64,000 bases of DNA from Prochlorococcus sp. AG-670-N10. GTDB lineage: Bacteria > Cyanobacteriota > Cyanobacteriia > PCC-6307 > Cyanobiaceae. Positions within the stretch are counted from its first letter, which is position 1. Each line of letters opens with the position of its first letter. Below are positions 39,384-50,045 of this stretch, piece by piece. Where the stretch lies: NCBI GenBank assembly GCA_003209065.1, contig QCSX01000004.1, forward strand, positions 1,328-65,327, written 5' to 3'. A program made the translations under genes and the position numbers. Below the pieces are notes generated by a model. That model made no database searches. It was given only the letters and a program-made list of their open reading frames with translations, and was not told the DNA's origin.

Positions 39384-41463
39384 CAGATGATAAACCTAAG
39401 TGCCTTATCAAAGAATCGGTTTTTGGTTCTCTCCCTCTAAATAATTTAAATACCTCTAAAGGAGAGAAACTTCCACCAAGACTTAAAATTGTATCTTTGA
39501 ATTTTTTACCTATGACTTTTATATTTTGATTATTTTCTAAATCAGCCTCTTCAAACATAGAAAAAGCATCGGCGCTTAAAACCTCTGCCCATTTATAAGA
39601 ATAATATCCAGCTGAATAGCCTCCTGCAAATATGTGGCTAAAGCAACAAAGGAACTTATCTTCTCTAATAGGTTCGATTACCGTTGTATTTCTCGCGATT
39701 TCTTTTCTTATCTCATCAGAATTTTTACCCTGATTACTATAAATATTGCTATGCAATCTTATATCTGTAATTGCAAAATGTAGTTGTCTTAGAGTAGCCA
39801 TCCCGCAATTAAAAGTTCTATTCTTTACTAATTTTTCGAAATTCTCATCAGATAATTTCTCTCCTGTTTTATAATGATTCGCAATATTTAATAAAGTATT
39901 TTTGTGAAAACACCAGTTTTCCATGAATTGACTTGGAAGTTCAACGGCATCCCATTCTACATTGTTAATACCGGCTGCCTGTGGAAGATTTACTGTGGTA
40001 AGCATATGTTGAAGACCATGACCAAATTCATGGAACAAGGTTTGAACTTCATCAAAACTCATTAAACTTGGTTTATCTTTGGATGGCGGAGTTTGATTAC
40101 AAACTAAATAAGCAACAGGTAATGTATTTCTACCTATATTATTTTTGTTAAGACATTCGTCCATCCAGGCACCTCCCCTCTTTGACTCGGGACGAGAGTA
40201 GGGGTCTAGATAAAATGAAGCTATTTTTTCATCATCTTTATTTAGGATATTAAAAAACAAAACGTCGTCATTCCATATAGGAGCTTCATTTATAGCTTCA
40301 ATTACTTTAATGTCGAAGAGCTTTTCACTAAGTTTAAAAAGACCTTTTAAAACATCATTCAGAGGGAACCAGGGTCTAAGTGATTCTTGATCTAAATTAA
40401 GTTTTTCCTTCCTGAGAAGCTCCGACCAATAGCTAATGTCCCATGATTGAAGATTTTCAGAGTTAGGGAATCCATTATCTTTTGAAAACTTATTAAGTCT
40501 AACTAATTCATTTTTGGCTGTTTTAAAGGCAGGCTTTCTAATCTCCTCTAAAAGTTTTTCAACATTATTAATTTCCTTAGCCATTTTTGTTGAAAGACTT
40601 AATTCTGCCCAGCTTTCATAACCAAGAAGTTTAGCCTGTTTAGTCCTAAGAGATAGAATTTCTTCAATTATTTGAGAGTTATTTTTTTCTCCATAAGAGG
40701 CTCTGCTTACAAAAGCTTTATATAATTTTTCCCTGAGATTACGGTCATTGGCATATGTCATAAACGCGGTATAAGTCGGAATATCTAAACTTAATTTCCA
40801 TGGCCCATTTTTTGCATCAGCTTCTCCTTCTTTTTTTAAGTATTTGTTAGCTGATATTGACATTAATTCTAAAACCCTTTCTGGAACCCCATCTATTTGA
40901 GATTTATCATTTAGAATTAATGACCAAGAATTAGTGGCATCTAAGACATTATTACTGAAATTTGTAGATAGTTTTCCAAGCTTTTCAGAAATAACATTGA
41001 ATTCTTTCTGGCTATCTGTATCTAATGAAATACCTCTATGTTCCATTTCGAGAATTTCTTTATCTAGAATTCTATTTTTAATTTCATCAAAATTATTTGT
41101 TTCTTTAAGCTTTACAAGAGCATTATAAATAATTTTACTTTGTCCAAACTTATTACTTAAATTAATAATTTCAGGTAGAAACTTTGAGTAAATTTTTCTT
41201 AAGCTTTCAGAATTTTTTACTCCATTAAGATGACTTATAACTCCCCAACTCCACCTTAGAATCTCATTAACATCATTTAAAGGATTGATTACTTTGTCCC
41301 ATTCTAAATTTTCTTTTTCTAAGTAATTAGATAAAAACTTTTCAATTTTTTTGAAATCTAGATTTATCTTTTCTATTACGCTTGGAAATTCTTGATTAAT
41401 TCTATCGGAAGAAAATTTGTTAAATTCTGGTAATTCACCGTAATTAAAAATTGAATTTTCCAT
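39376..41463 (-). CDS. prlC: Oligopeptidase A (M3 metallopeptidase)
   Basis: K.GGAWM, LFHEFGHGLQH, DAVELPSQFME, FSHIFAGGYSAGYYSYKWAE. Start moved to ATG 41463 (MENSIF) to avoid overlap with ndhD. Confidence 0.93.
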   Translation of the reverse strand: MENSIFNYGELPEFNKFSSDRINQEFPSVIEKINLDFKKIEKFLSNYLEKENLEWDKVINPLNDVNEILRWSWGVISHLNGVKNSESLRKIYSKFLPEIINLSNKFGQSKIIYNALVKLKETNNFDEIKNRILDKEILEMEHRGISLDTDSQKEFNVISEKLGKLSTNFSNNVLDATNSWSLILNDKSQIDGVPERVLELMSISANKYLKKEGEADAKNGPWKLSLDIPTYTAFMTYANDRNLREKLYKAFVSRASYGEKNNSQIIEEILSLRTKQAKLLGYESWAELSLSTKMAKEINNVEKLLEEIRKPAFKTAKNELVRLNKFSKDNGFPNSENLQSWDISYWSELLRKEKLNLDQESLRPWFPLNDVLKGLFKLSEKLFDIKVIEAINEAPIWNDDVLFFNILNKDDEKIASFYLDPYSRPESKRGGAWMDECLNKNNIGRNTLPVAYLVCNQTPPSKDKPSLMSFDEVQTLFHEFGHGLQHMLTTVNLPQAAGINNVEWDAVELPSQFMENWCFHKNTLLNIANHYKTGEKLSDENFEKLVKNRTFNCGMATLRQLHFAITDIRLHSNIYSNQGKNSDEIRKEIARNTTVIEPIREDKFLCCFSHIFAGGYSAGYYSYKWAEVLSADAFSMFEEADLENNQNIKVIGKKFKDTILSLGGSFSPLEVFKLFRGREPKTDSLIRHLGLSSVN

Positions 41464-41467
41464 TTTA

Positions 41468-43018
41468 TCAAAGATTAAATTGACTAATGTTTGAGATGAA
41501 CCCAATTAATTTAGCTAAAGTTAGTTGTTGACTGAGAGCGTTTGTTGAAGATTCATATAAATTTATAGCAATTTTTGGCCAAAAACCTATTACTAAAGTA
41601 GGCAATAATAAACTGAACCCGATTGTCAATTCTCTACCATTCATTTCTTTTACTGTAGCTAGTGCAGGAATTCTAGGTCCGAAAAATACTCTTCTACACA
41701 TCGAAAGAAGATATATGGGCGTTAGGACAAGACCAATTGCTGCAATAAGAATTGTGATTGATCTAAAAAGAGAGCTAAACCCCTCTTGACTTGTGATCCC
41801 CAAGAATACGGTGATTTCGCTTATAAATCCACTCATTCCTGGTAAGGCCAGGGAAGCTAGTGAGCTCGCCAAGAAAAAAGCAAATGTTATTGGTAAGACC
41901 TTTGCTAAACCACCCATGTTTGGAATTGAAAGAGTATTTGTTCTCTCATAGAAGGAGCCCGTGACGAAGAACATAGCTGCTGCTATAAGTCCGTGACTTA
42001 TCATTTGAAGCATTGCTCCGCTTATACCTAAAGCATCAACAGCTCCAATGCCGAGAAGAACAAAACCCATATGACTTACTGAACTACATGCGATTCTTCT
42101 TTTTACGTTATCTTGTGCAAATGCATTTAAAGCTCCATAGATTATATTTATAATTCCAAGAATAATTAAAGCAGGCGCAAGTTGTAGATGCACTTCGGGT
42201 AATATTTGAACGTTGAATCTTAAGAGAGCATATCCCCCCATCTTTAAAAGGATTCCCGCTAGTAACATCGATACTGGAGCATTAGCTTCCCCATGAGCAT
42301 CAGGTAACCAAGTATGCAATGGGAAGATAGGAAGTTTAACTCCAAAACCTATTAAAAATCCTAGATAAGATAATAATGCGAGACTACCTGTTACATGTTT
42401 AGTTGTTAATTCGGTAAGGTTTAGGGTAAATGTATCGCCACTCAATGCAAGTGCGAGCCCACTTATAAGTATTAGTAAAGACGCTAAGGCAGTATATAGA
42501 ATAAATTTTGTAGCTGCATATAATTTCTTCTTGCCTCCCCAAATCGCAATAAGTAAATAAACAGGAACCAATTCTAATTCCCATGCTAAGAAAAATAATA
42601 AGAAATCTTGAGAAAGGAAAACTAGTGCTTGAGCTGAGGCCTGAACTAATAAAAGAGCAAAGTATAAATTAGATTTTTTCTTTATCTTCCAACTGGCTGC
42701 AGCGGATAAAAATGTAATTAATCCACTCAAAGCTACTAATGGTGCAGATAATCCATCTACCCCTAGAGACCATTCTAAGCCTATTGAGGGTAGCCAAGTT
42801 AATCTTTCAACAAGCTGTAGTGAGCTATTTGTTGTATCAAATTTTTGGAAAAGTACTCCAATTATGAGTAAAAAATCTATAAATAAAAAACCTAATGAGA
42901 TATTTCTTGGAAGTGTATTATCTTCTCCTTCCTTAGAACTTAAGAAAGGCATTATCAATGCTCCAATTAAGGGTAATAAAACAATAGATGATAGTAAAGG
43001 AAAAGATTCTAAATTCAT
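41468..43018 (-). CDS. ndhD: NAD(P)H-quinone oxidoreductase subunit 4 (NdhD)
   Basis: [60 protein letters not shown]. Confidence 0.95.
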   Translation of the reverse strand: MNLESFPLLSSIVLLPLIGALIMPFLSSKEGEDNTLPRNISLGFLFIDFLLIIGVLFQKFDTTNSSLQLVERLTWLPSIGLEWSLGVDGLSAPLVALSGLITFLSAAASWKIKKKSNLYFALLLVQASAQALVFLSQDFLLFFLAWELELVPVYLLIAIWGGKKKLYAATKFILYTALASLLILISGLALALSGDTFTLNLTELTTKHVTGSLALLSYLGFLIGFGVKLPIFPLHTWLPDAHGEANAPVSMLLAGILLKMGGYALLRFNVQILPEVHLQLAPALIILGIINIIYGALNAFAQDNVKRRIACSSVSHMGFVLLGIGAVDALGISGAMLQMISHGLIAAAMFFVTGSFYERTNTLSIPNMGGLAKVLPITFAFFLASSLASLALPGMSGFISEITVFLGITSQEGFSSLFRSITILIAAIGLVLTPIYLLSMCRRVFFGPRIPALATVKEMNGRELTIGFSLLLPTLVIGFWPKIAINLYESSTNALSQQLTLAKLIGFISNISQFNL

Positions 43019-43096
43019 ATAATAATGAATAGTTTTTTTATTCTAGTTGAAGTTGTTCTAGCTTGAGACTATAACATTAAAAATGCCTAAGTAAAA

Positions 43097-44044
43097 CTAC
43101 TTACCTGAGATATCCCTAAATTGACTACCTGATGTTTGAACGTTCAAATATGGCGCTCTACTTGCCACGCCTGAGTTTTCCCAAGCTTTTACCATGGCTT
43201 GACTGACTTCTCTACCATTATCTTTTTTACACAAAGCTAAGATACTTGGCCCTGCTCCACTAATGGCACAACCTAAAGCACCAGCCTTTAATGCGGCTTC
43301 TTTAACTTCCAATCCACCTTTAATAAGCTTCCATCTGTATGGTTCATGTAATCTGTCAAACATTCCCTCTTTTATTAATTCATCATTACCAGTTTTTAAG
43401 CCATTTAGTAATAAGGTAAGTGCCCCCATATTTGTTACTGCATCAGAAATAGGTACATTCTTCGGCATTACTCTCCTTGCTTCACTGGTACTTAGACGTA
43501 TAGCAGGTATTGCAACTACAGCTTTAATGGATTCGTGCCAGTCACATCTAATAATTCTCCATCTCTGAGAAGATGACCTAGCAGTTAAACAAAGACCCCC
43601 CAAAAGAGAAGGAACTACGTTATCGGGATGACCTTCAATATCAATTGCAAGTTCTAAAAGCTTTTCCTTAGGTAAAGGTGAGTTCATTATCGCATTTGCT
43701 CCGATTAGTCCTGCGACTATTGCTGTAGCACTACTCCCTAGTCCGCGAGCAGGGGGGACTGCTAATTTTACCCTAGCTTCAAGTGCAAAAGGTTTGATAT
43801 TGGCACTTTCCCATACTTTCTGCGCAGCCCTAAAAACTAAATTTTCTGGGCCTCCTCTTAAGTGATTACCATCGGTACTCTCCATTATCAAATCAAATCG
43901 ATCTCCGCCTCCATCTATTCTTGTAAAAACAAATTCGTTATATAGATCTACTGCTGCACCAAGACAGTCGAATCCTGGGCCAAGATTAGCGGTTGTAGAA
44001 GGAACTGTTACTATTATTTTTTTTCCTACTTCTGGTGAAGACAT
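43097..44044 (-). CDS. thrB: Homoserine kinase
   Basis: VPSTTANLGPGFDCLG, PPARGLGSSA, EGHPDN, ISGAGPS. Confidence 0.97.
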   Translation of the reverse strand: MSSPEVGKKIIVTVPSTTANLGPGFDCLGAAVDLYNEFVFTRIDGGGDRFDLIMESTDGNHLRGGPENLVFRAAQKVWESANIKPFALEARVKLAVPPARGLGSSATAIVAGLIGANAIMNSPLPKEKLLELAIDIEGHPDNVVPSLLGGLCLTARSSSQRWRIIRCDWHESIKAVVAIPAIRLSTSEARRVMPKNVPISDAVTNMGALTLLLNGLKTGNDELIKEGMFDRLHEPYRWKLIKGGLEVKEAALKAGALGCAISGAGPSILALCKKDNGREVSQAMVKAWENSGVASRAPYLNVQTSGSQFRDISGK

Positions 44045-44051
44045 ATGAAAA

Positions 44052-45089
44052 CTATTCTATTTGTGAAAGGATTTTTGCTCTGCAGGCTGCGCTAAATAGT
44101 CCAAACTCTTCATCTAAGATTACATTCACAGGTATATTTTTAAGAATATCTTTTAATCTTCCTTTATCTGAAAATTGTTTCATAAATAAACCTGATTTAA
44201 AGTTTATGAAATGTTTTGGAGCGGTCCCTCCAGAAATCCATAAGCCTCCAAAACATAATTCTTGAAGAGCAACGTCTCCCAATAAAGAGGCGTAAGCATC
44301 TAACCATATCCTCTCCACTTGAATCATTAGGACATCCCCCTGATTAGAAAGATTACAAATTTTTTGAGGTATTTCTTTTCTCAATTTATCTGAAATTTTC
44401 AATTCTTTTAGGTATTTTTGTAAAGGATGGTTTTTGGCATCAGGTTTGCTAAGTCTCCATTCGGCTATTCTTGATAACCCAGTACCACTAATAATTCTTT
44501 CACAAGATATCCTTTCAATTTTTAAGGAATATTTGAGCCAATTTTTTAATTCCCATTCTAATTCTGACTTCGGAGAGTATTCAACATGACCACCTTCACT
44601 AGCCAAGGCTTTTACTTTACTTCCAGATATTATGCCTTTTGCAATGCCAAGACCAGTCCCCGCTCCAACAATGGCATGCAAATCTTTATTGACGCCTGCT
44701 GACTGGTCTCCATTTTGAATAGTAGAATATTGACTTTTATTTAAAAAAGGTAATCCATAAATTTGCACTGCAAAATCATTTACTAGCTCGCAACTTATAA
44801 ATTTAAATTTCTTTTTTAATCTATCGCCAGAAATATTCCATGACAAATTAATAATTTCTGCATTGTTATTGGATATAGGACCTGCTACAGCGAAACAAGC
44901 AGATAAAGGATGATTAATATTTTTGCATTGATTTTTTAAGAAATCTTCTAAAATTAAATCAATGGAATTCCATTCAGAGGATACATATTTTTTTTTAAAA
45001 ATTAAATTTGGAAAATCAGCATTAACTTCCTTTTTGAAAATTCCTAAAAGAACTTTTGTACCTCCTAGATCACAAGCAAGAAAATTCAT
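44052..45089 (-). CDS. glk: Glucokinase
   Basis: ACDLGGTK, AVAGP, NDF, GAGTGLG, SEGGH, ERIISG.GL, F..KGR; ATG at 45089 preferred over TTG at 45095. Confidence 0.93.
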   Translation of the reverse strand: MNFLACDLGGTKVLLGIFKKEVNADFPNLIFKKKYVSSEWNSIDLILEDFLKNQCKNINHPLSACFAVAGPISNNNAEIINLSWNISGDRLKKKFKFISCELVNDFAVQIYGLPFLNKSQYSTIQNGDQSAGVNKDLHAIVGAGTGLGIAKGIISGSKVKALASEGGHVEYSPKSELEWELKNWLKYSLKIERISCERIISGTGLSRIAEWRLSKPDAKNHPLQKYLKELKISDKLRKEIPQKICNLSNQGDVLMIQVERIWLDAYASLLGDVALQELCFGGLWISGGTAPKHFINFKSGLFMKQFSDKGRLKDILKNIPVNVILDEEFGLFSAACRAKILSQIE

Positions 45090-45098
45090 CTGCAAAAA

Positions 45099-47015
45099 TT
45101 ATTCTGTTCTTCCTTTTTTTTCTATTAAATTATTCATTAGTTTATAGAGATCATCTAACTTAAAAATTCCTAAATTTTTTCCATCTAAGGCTCTTAAAGC
45201 AACTGAATCAACTTGTTCTTCTTTATCGCCAATAACTGCAATTAAAGGAATTCTTCCAATAGTTGCTTCTCTTATCTTATAGCCTATTTTTTCATTTCTA
45301 ATATCAACTTTCGAACGATATCCTTTAGTATTTATTAATTGATTAAATTTCAAACATTTCTCAATATTCCTATCCGTAATGCTCAACAAAATTATTTGAT
45401 AAGGTGCAAGCCAGATTGGGAATTTGGCTTCATATTGTTCTATTAAGATTCCTATAAATCTTTCAAAAGATCCCAAAATTGCCCTGTGTAGCATTACTGG
45501 ATTTCTTTTTTCGTTATTTAAATCTACATAAGTTGCATCCAATCTTATAGGCATTGAGAAATCAACTTGAATTGTTCCACATTGCCAAACTCTATCAAGA
45601 CAATCTTTTAAAGAGAATTCTATTTTTGGACCATAAAAAGCCCCTTCTCCAGGCTGTAATTCCCATTTAAGACTTTTATTATCAAGAGCCTTCATAAGTG
45701 CCTCTTCTGATTTATCCCAAATATTTTCACTACCCACCCTTTTCTCAGGACGGGTTGATAATTTGATAATAATTTCATCAAAACCAAAAGTTTTATAAAC
45801 CTCGAAAACAAGATCAATGAAAGTAGACACTTCAGCTTGTATTTGTTCTTCAGTACAGAAAATGTGTGCGTCGTCCTGAGTAAAATTTCTAACTCTCATT
45901 AAACCGTGCAATGCGCCAGAGGGTTCATTTCTATGACAAGAACCAAATTCAGCAAGGCGAATAGGTAAATCTTTATAACTTTTTAAACCTTGATTAAATA
46001 CTTGAATATGGCATGGACAATTCATTGGTTTTATTGCATAAGTTCTATTTTCTGATGCCGTAGTGAACATATCTTCTCTGAATTTATCCCAATGACCTGA
46101 TTTTTCCCAAAGAGATTTATCAACAGCTTGAGGGGTTTTAATTTCTAGATAATCATTTTTATTAAGTATTTCTCTTACATATTTTTCAAGAACTTGGTAG
46201 ATTGTCCATCCATTTGGATGCCAAAAAATCATACCTGGAGATTCTTCTTGTATGTGAAAGAGTGAATGCTTTTTTCCAAGTTTTCTATGATCTCTTTTTT
46301 CGGCCTCTTCGATTCTTGTTAAGTAATCATTGAGTTCTTTCTCTTTAGCCCAAGCAGTTCCATATATTCTCTGTAATGATTCATTTTCACTATTACCTCT
46401 CCAATAAGAACCAGATAACTTTAATAATTTAAAATGTCTAAGGTGACATGTATTTGGAACATGAGGACCTCTGCACATATCAATATATTCTTCGTGTTTA
46501 TATAAATTGATTAGACCTTCATCAGGAATCTCTTCAATTATTCTTAATTTAAAAGTTTCATCTCTCTCTTGAAAAGTTTTAATTGCTTCTTTTTTGGTAA
46601 CTTGTAAAATCTCAACATCATAATTTTTTTTAATTAAGTTATTAATTCTGTTCTCTATTTTTATTAAATCCTCAGGCGTAAATCTATATTCAGAAAAAAT
46701 ATCATAATAAAAACCATTATCAATTACTGGACCAATTGCCATTTTTATTTTTGGATAAAGTTGTTTAACGGCATGACCAATCAAATGAGCAAAAGAATGT
46801 CTAATTATCTCAATACCTTCTTTATCACGAGATGTAATTATTACCACTTTAGAATCATTATCTATAGGAAGTGTTGCATCAAAAAGAACATCATTTACTT
46901 TTCCCGCAATTGTTGCTTTGGCTAAGCCGGTTCCAATACTCTGAGCTATTTCTTTAATCGTTACCGGCTTTTCAAACACTTTTTTTGATCCATCTGGCAA
47001 TGTTATTTCTGGCAT
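45099..47015 (-). CDS. thrS: Threonine--tRNA ligase (with N-terminal TGS domain)
   Basis: ITLPDGS TGS start, RHSFAH editing motif, [39 protein letters not shown]. Confidence 0.98.
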   Translation of the reverse strand: MPEITLPDGSKKVFEKPVTIKEIAQSIGTGLAKATIAGKVNDVLFDATLPIDNDSKVVIITSRDKEGIEIIRHSFAHLIGHAVKQLYPKIKMAIGPVIDNGFYYDIFSEYRFTPEDLIKIENRINNLIKKNYDVEILQVTKKEAIKTFQERDETFKLRIIEEIPDEGLINLYKHEEYIDMCRGPHVPNTCHLRHFKLLKLSGSYWRGNSENESLQRIYGTAWAKEKELNDYLTRIEEAEKRDHRKLGKKHSLFHIQEESPGMIFWHPNGWTIYQVLEKYVREILNKNDYLEIKTPQAVDKSLWEKSGHWDKFREDMFTTASENRTYAIKPMNCPCHIQVFNQGLKSYKDLPIRLAEFGSCHRNEPSGALHGLMRVRNFTQDDAHIFCTEEQIQAEVSTFIDLVFEVYKTFGFDEIIIKLSTRPEKRVGSENIWDKSEEALMKALDNKSLKWELQPGEGAFYGPKIEFSLKDCLDRVWQCGTIQVDFSMPIRLDATYVDLNNEKRNPVMLHRAILGSFERFIGILIEQYEAKFPIWLAPYQIILLSITDRNIEKCLKFNQLINTKGYRSKVDIRNEKIGYKIREATIGRIPLIAVIGDKEEQVDSVALRALDGKNLGIFKLDDLYKLMNNLIEKKGRTE

Positions 47016-47018
47016 GAT

Positions 47019-48035
47019 TTATTTCCCTATTTCAAAGAATCCTAATTCAGATTTAACTCTACTAAGGGTTTTATTTGCGACTGCTTCAGCTTTCTCTTTA
47101 CCTTGGATAAGTATCTTATTTAACTCATATGGATCGTTAATCAGAACCCGATATTTTTCTTGAATAGGTTTAAGCGATTCTATTATTTGTTCTGTAAATA
47201 TTTTTTTAAATGTCCCCCATCCTGTTTGAGATAAATCGTTCTCTAATTCAGAAACTTCTTTACCACTTAATAATGAATAAATCATTAAAAGATTTCTGGA
47301 TTCAGGCCTCTTGGGATTGTTAAATTCCATACCCATAGAACTATCACTTTTAGCTCTTTTTATTTTTTTTGTAATTATTTCAGGAGTATCTAACAAATTA
47401 ATTCTACTACCCTCGTTAATGTCACTTTTGCTCATTTTTTTTGATCCATCATTTAAGCTCATTATCTTTGAACCTTTTTTCATAATTATTGGTTGAGGAA
47501 TTTTCAATATGTTTTCTTTCTTACTAAATTTGGCATTAATTCTCTGTTGTGCAATATCTCTGGCAAGTTCTAAGTGTTGTTTTTGATCTTCCCCTACTGG
47601 AACATAATCAGCATCGTATAACAAAATATCCGCAGCCATTAAGATTGGATAATCAAATAATCCAATAGAAACATTATTTCCTTGCTGAACAGATTTTTCC
47701 TTAAATTGGATCATTCTTTCCATCCAATTTATGGGAGTCATGCAATTTAATATCCAACAAAGTTCTGAATGTGCAGATATATGGCTTTGAACAAAAATAG
47801 AACAAATCTTAGGATCTATACCACAAGCAACATATAAGGCTGCAGTGGAAAGTGTATTTTTAGAAAGTTGTTTGGGGTCATATTCTGTAGTAATTGCATG
47901 TAAATCAACTACACAAAGGAATGTTTCATGCTTCTCTTGGAGTGAAACCCAATTGCTTATTGCTCCAAGCCAGTTACCAATATGTAAATCTCCTGTAGGT
48001 TGAACACCAGAAAGGATCCTTTTTTTATTTGTCAT
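47019..48035 (-). CDS. trpS: Tryptophan--tRNA ligase
   Basis: SGVQPTGDLHIGNW, YPILMAADIL, VPVGEDQ.QH, KMSKS. True start is ATG 48035 (MTNKKRILSG); the ORF-track extension is an out-of-frame reading of the upstream repeat. Confidence 0.96.
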   Translation of the reverse strand: MTNKKRILSGVQPTGDLHIGNWLGAISNWVSLQEKHETFLCVVDLHAITTEYDPKQLSKNTLSTAALYVACGIDPKICSIFVQSHISAHSELCWILNCMTPINWMERMIQFKEKSVQQGNNVSIGLFDYPILMAADILLYDADYVPVGEDQKQHLELARDIAQQRINAKFSKKENILKIPQPIIMKKGSKIMSLNDGSKKMSKSDINEGSRINLLDTPEIITKKIKRAKSDSSMGMEFNNPKRPESRNLLMIYSLLSGKEVSELENDLSQTGWGTFKKIFTEQIIESLKPIQEKYRVLINDPYELNKILIQGKEKAEAVANKTLSRVKSELGFFEIGK

Positions 48036-48516
48036 CCACTTCTTCTTGTTCTTTTTTGATTTCTTCTTTGATTTCTTCTTTGATTTCTTCTTTGATTTCT
48101 TCTTTAATTTCTTCTTTATTAGTTTGAGCCTGTTCACTAGGTGTATTTTTAACTGGCCTTGCAAAAGGATCAGGAACTACTTTTTTACTTCTGTTTTCAG
48201 AAGCTGTCGCCTTACTCGGTGATGATGTGTTTTTGTTATTTTTTGCAAATTTTGTTATCGATTCCATTAAATCTTTATCTTCAATCATTTCGCTAAGTGT
48301 TCTAACTGAAAATCCTAAAACTGCGACCGTAGATTTAAGTTGAAAAGCTTCCTGTATTGATCTAACAGCTTTCATTTCATTATCACTTAATCTTATTCGA
48401 AATCCTCCTCCGTCTCTATTTCCTCCAGATCTGTTCCTAAAGCTAGATCTATCATTATTACCACGGCTTCTGTAGTTCTCTTGACCATAATTATTGTCGT
48501 AATTGGAATTTGACAT
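48025..48516 (-). CDS. Conserved hypothetical protein: RG/N-rich N terminus, RHH-like core, acidic repeat tail
   Basis: 163 aa with ATG start; 11-nt overlap with the trpS start; GGGFRIRLSDNEMKAVRSIQEAF...STVAVLGF core. Confidence 0.85.
   Translation of the reverse strand: MSNSNYDNNYGQENYRSRGNNDRSSFRNRSGGNRDGGGFRIRLSDNEMKAVRSIQEAFQLKSTVAVLGFSVRTLSEMIEDKDLMESITKFAKNNKNTSSPSKATASENRSKKVVPDPFARPVKNTPSEQAQTNKEEIKEEIKEEIKEEIKEEIKKEQEEVDDK
48058..48117. repeat. 12-bp tandem repeat (GATTTCTTCTTT) x5 encoding (KEEI)5 on the minus strand
   Basis: Four perfect copies at 48058-48105 plus one copy with a single mismatch at 48106-48117. Confidence 0.95.
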
Positions 48517-48687
48517 CTTAGAGATTCTTTTTTTTATTTAAACAGTCTATTAACTTACCACCTAGTTATGCAAGAAGTCTTAAATTGAACTTTAAAAATT
48601 TTTATCCATAATTGAAGAGTTATGTAATCTTTCTTTTTTTCATTCACAACTTGCACTAAAGTAGAAGAACAAGGATATTAAAGTATT

Positions 48688-50010
48688 GTGTTTGATATTA
48701 GTAAAGAAAACTTTTTAAAGGATTTAATAAAGTTCCCCAAAAAAAATATATTTATAATTCTACTTTTTTTAGGTTTTGGAGAATGGTTTTTAAGTGATTT
48801 AATAAATTTTGCAGGCGGTTCAATAGGCTTTTTTATTTTATGTTTTGGGGGATATTTTTACTTAAAGAGTGAAAAGCCAAAATTTAAAGAGCCAAAGGAT
48901 TTAGAGGGTTGGATAAAACTTTGTAATGAAGATTTAGATTTCTTCGAGGAAATTGAATTACATAATAATTTAGAAAAACAAAATATTAATAGAAAAAAAG
49001 CTCTTGAATTAATCCTAAATAGAGAGAAAAAAGAGGAGATTTATTGTATTGGGCAGAAGAATTTTGACTCGAATGCAACATTATTTAAAAATTACTTTAA
49101 AGAAGATAAGTTTAAATTGAATTTTATGGAAAAACTTCCAAAATATAATTCTTCTGAAATTGTTCCTGAAGTAATTTTAAATAGCGATGCTATTTTGTAT
49201 TTTTTAAAATTACCTTTATCCGCTAATGATTTTTTGTGGTTAGAAAAACTTCCTAATAATATGCCCATTTGGTTAGTTGCATCATTTACAAAAGGATTAG
49301 ATTTTAATAATGAAATAGAGGAAGTTAAGGCTCAGATTTCAGGAGAATATGCAAACAGAATAATTAGAATTGACAAAACTAAAAATAGCTTTGCAAATAT
49401 ACCTTTTTCTTTGCGTAAGTTTTTTATAAGTTCAAATAATATTGAAAATACTAAAAAAAGACTTTTGAAGAGATTGCATACGAATTGGCAATCTGAGATT
49501 GAGGGAATAAGAAGAATGCAGTTGAAGGATTTACAGAGGAGAAATCAAATTATTGTTGCTACTTCTGTTTTCTTGTCTCCGATTCCATCAATAGATGTCT
49601 TATCAATGACTGTTTTAAATTCTTTAATGATTAAAGAAATTAAGTCTATATGGGGATGTAATTGGTCTCCAGAAATATTGGATAAAGTATCAAAACAAAT
49701 AATCAAGACTGCAATTGCACAGGGAGTAATTGAATGGAGTGGTCAGACTTTAATAGGCTTAACAAAATTGCATGGCCCAAATTGGTTAGTAACTGGGGCA
49801 TTCCAAGCAATAAGCGCAGCATATTTAACAAGAGTAGTATCAAGTTCATTGGCCGATTTCATGGCTTTAACAAAAGGAGTCTCAGAACCTGATTTGGAAT
49901 TTATAAAAGAAAACTCCGATAAGATCGTTGAAAGAGCCTTTGAAAATGAAAAAATAAATTGGAAATCTTTGATACCAGAGTTAAATATTCCATTGATTCG
50001 ACTCACCTAA
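48688..50010 (+). CDS. YcjF/DUF697 family protein
   Basis: GTG start; N-terminal TM segments; C-terminal SPIPSIDVL....N.LMIKEI..IWG..W and QAISAAYLTRVV DUF697-like helical domain. Confidence 0.7.
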   Translation: MFDISKENFLKDLIKFPKKNIFIILLFLGFGEWFLSDLINFAGGSIGFFILCFGGYFYLKSEKPKFKEPKDLEGWIKLCNEDLDFFEEIELHNNLEKQNINRKKALELILNREKKEEIYCIGQKNFDSNATLFKNYFKEDKFKLNFMEKLPKYNSSEIVPEVILNSDAILYFLKLPLSANDFLWLEKLPNNMPIWLVASFTKGLDFNNEIEEVKAQISGEYANRIIRIDKTKNSFANIPFSLRKFFISSNNIENTKKRLLKRLHTNWQSEIEGIRRMQLKDLQRRNQIIVATSVFLSPIPSIDVLSMTVLNSLMIKEIKSIWGCNWSPEILDKVSKQIIKTAIAQGVIEWSGQTLIGLTKLHGPNWLVTGAFQAISAAYLTRVVSSSLADFMALTKGVSEPDLEFIKENSDKIVERAFENEKINWKSLIPELNIPLIRLT

Positions 50011-50045
50011 TAATTCCAAAATTTAGACTTACTGTAAAGAAAATT

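Noticed and set aside
41464..41505. N-terminal extension of prlC overlapping ndhD
   Set aside because: A better ATG at 41463 lies 4 nt past the ndhD stop.
48058..48117. CRISPR-like array
   Set aside because: Contiguous 12-bp units without spacers, in-frame within a CDS, and no cas genes.
48036..48164. Lys-rich N-terminal extension of TrpS (KKKSKKKSKKK...) in the ORF track
   Set aside because: It is the alternate-frame reading of the 12-bp KEEI repeat in the upstream gene; TrpS homology begins at ATG 48035.
47016..48687. T-box riboswitch or attenuator for trpS/thrS
   Set aside because: The genes are packed with 3-nt gaps or overlaps; no T-box consensus or leader peptide was seen, and T-boxes are not typical of cyanobacteria.
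49959..50045. N-terminal extension of mntC overlapping the DUF697 gene
   Set aside because: ATG at 50046 yields a normal signal peptide and no overlap.
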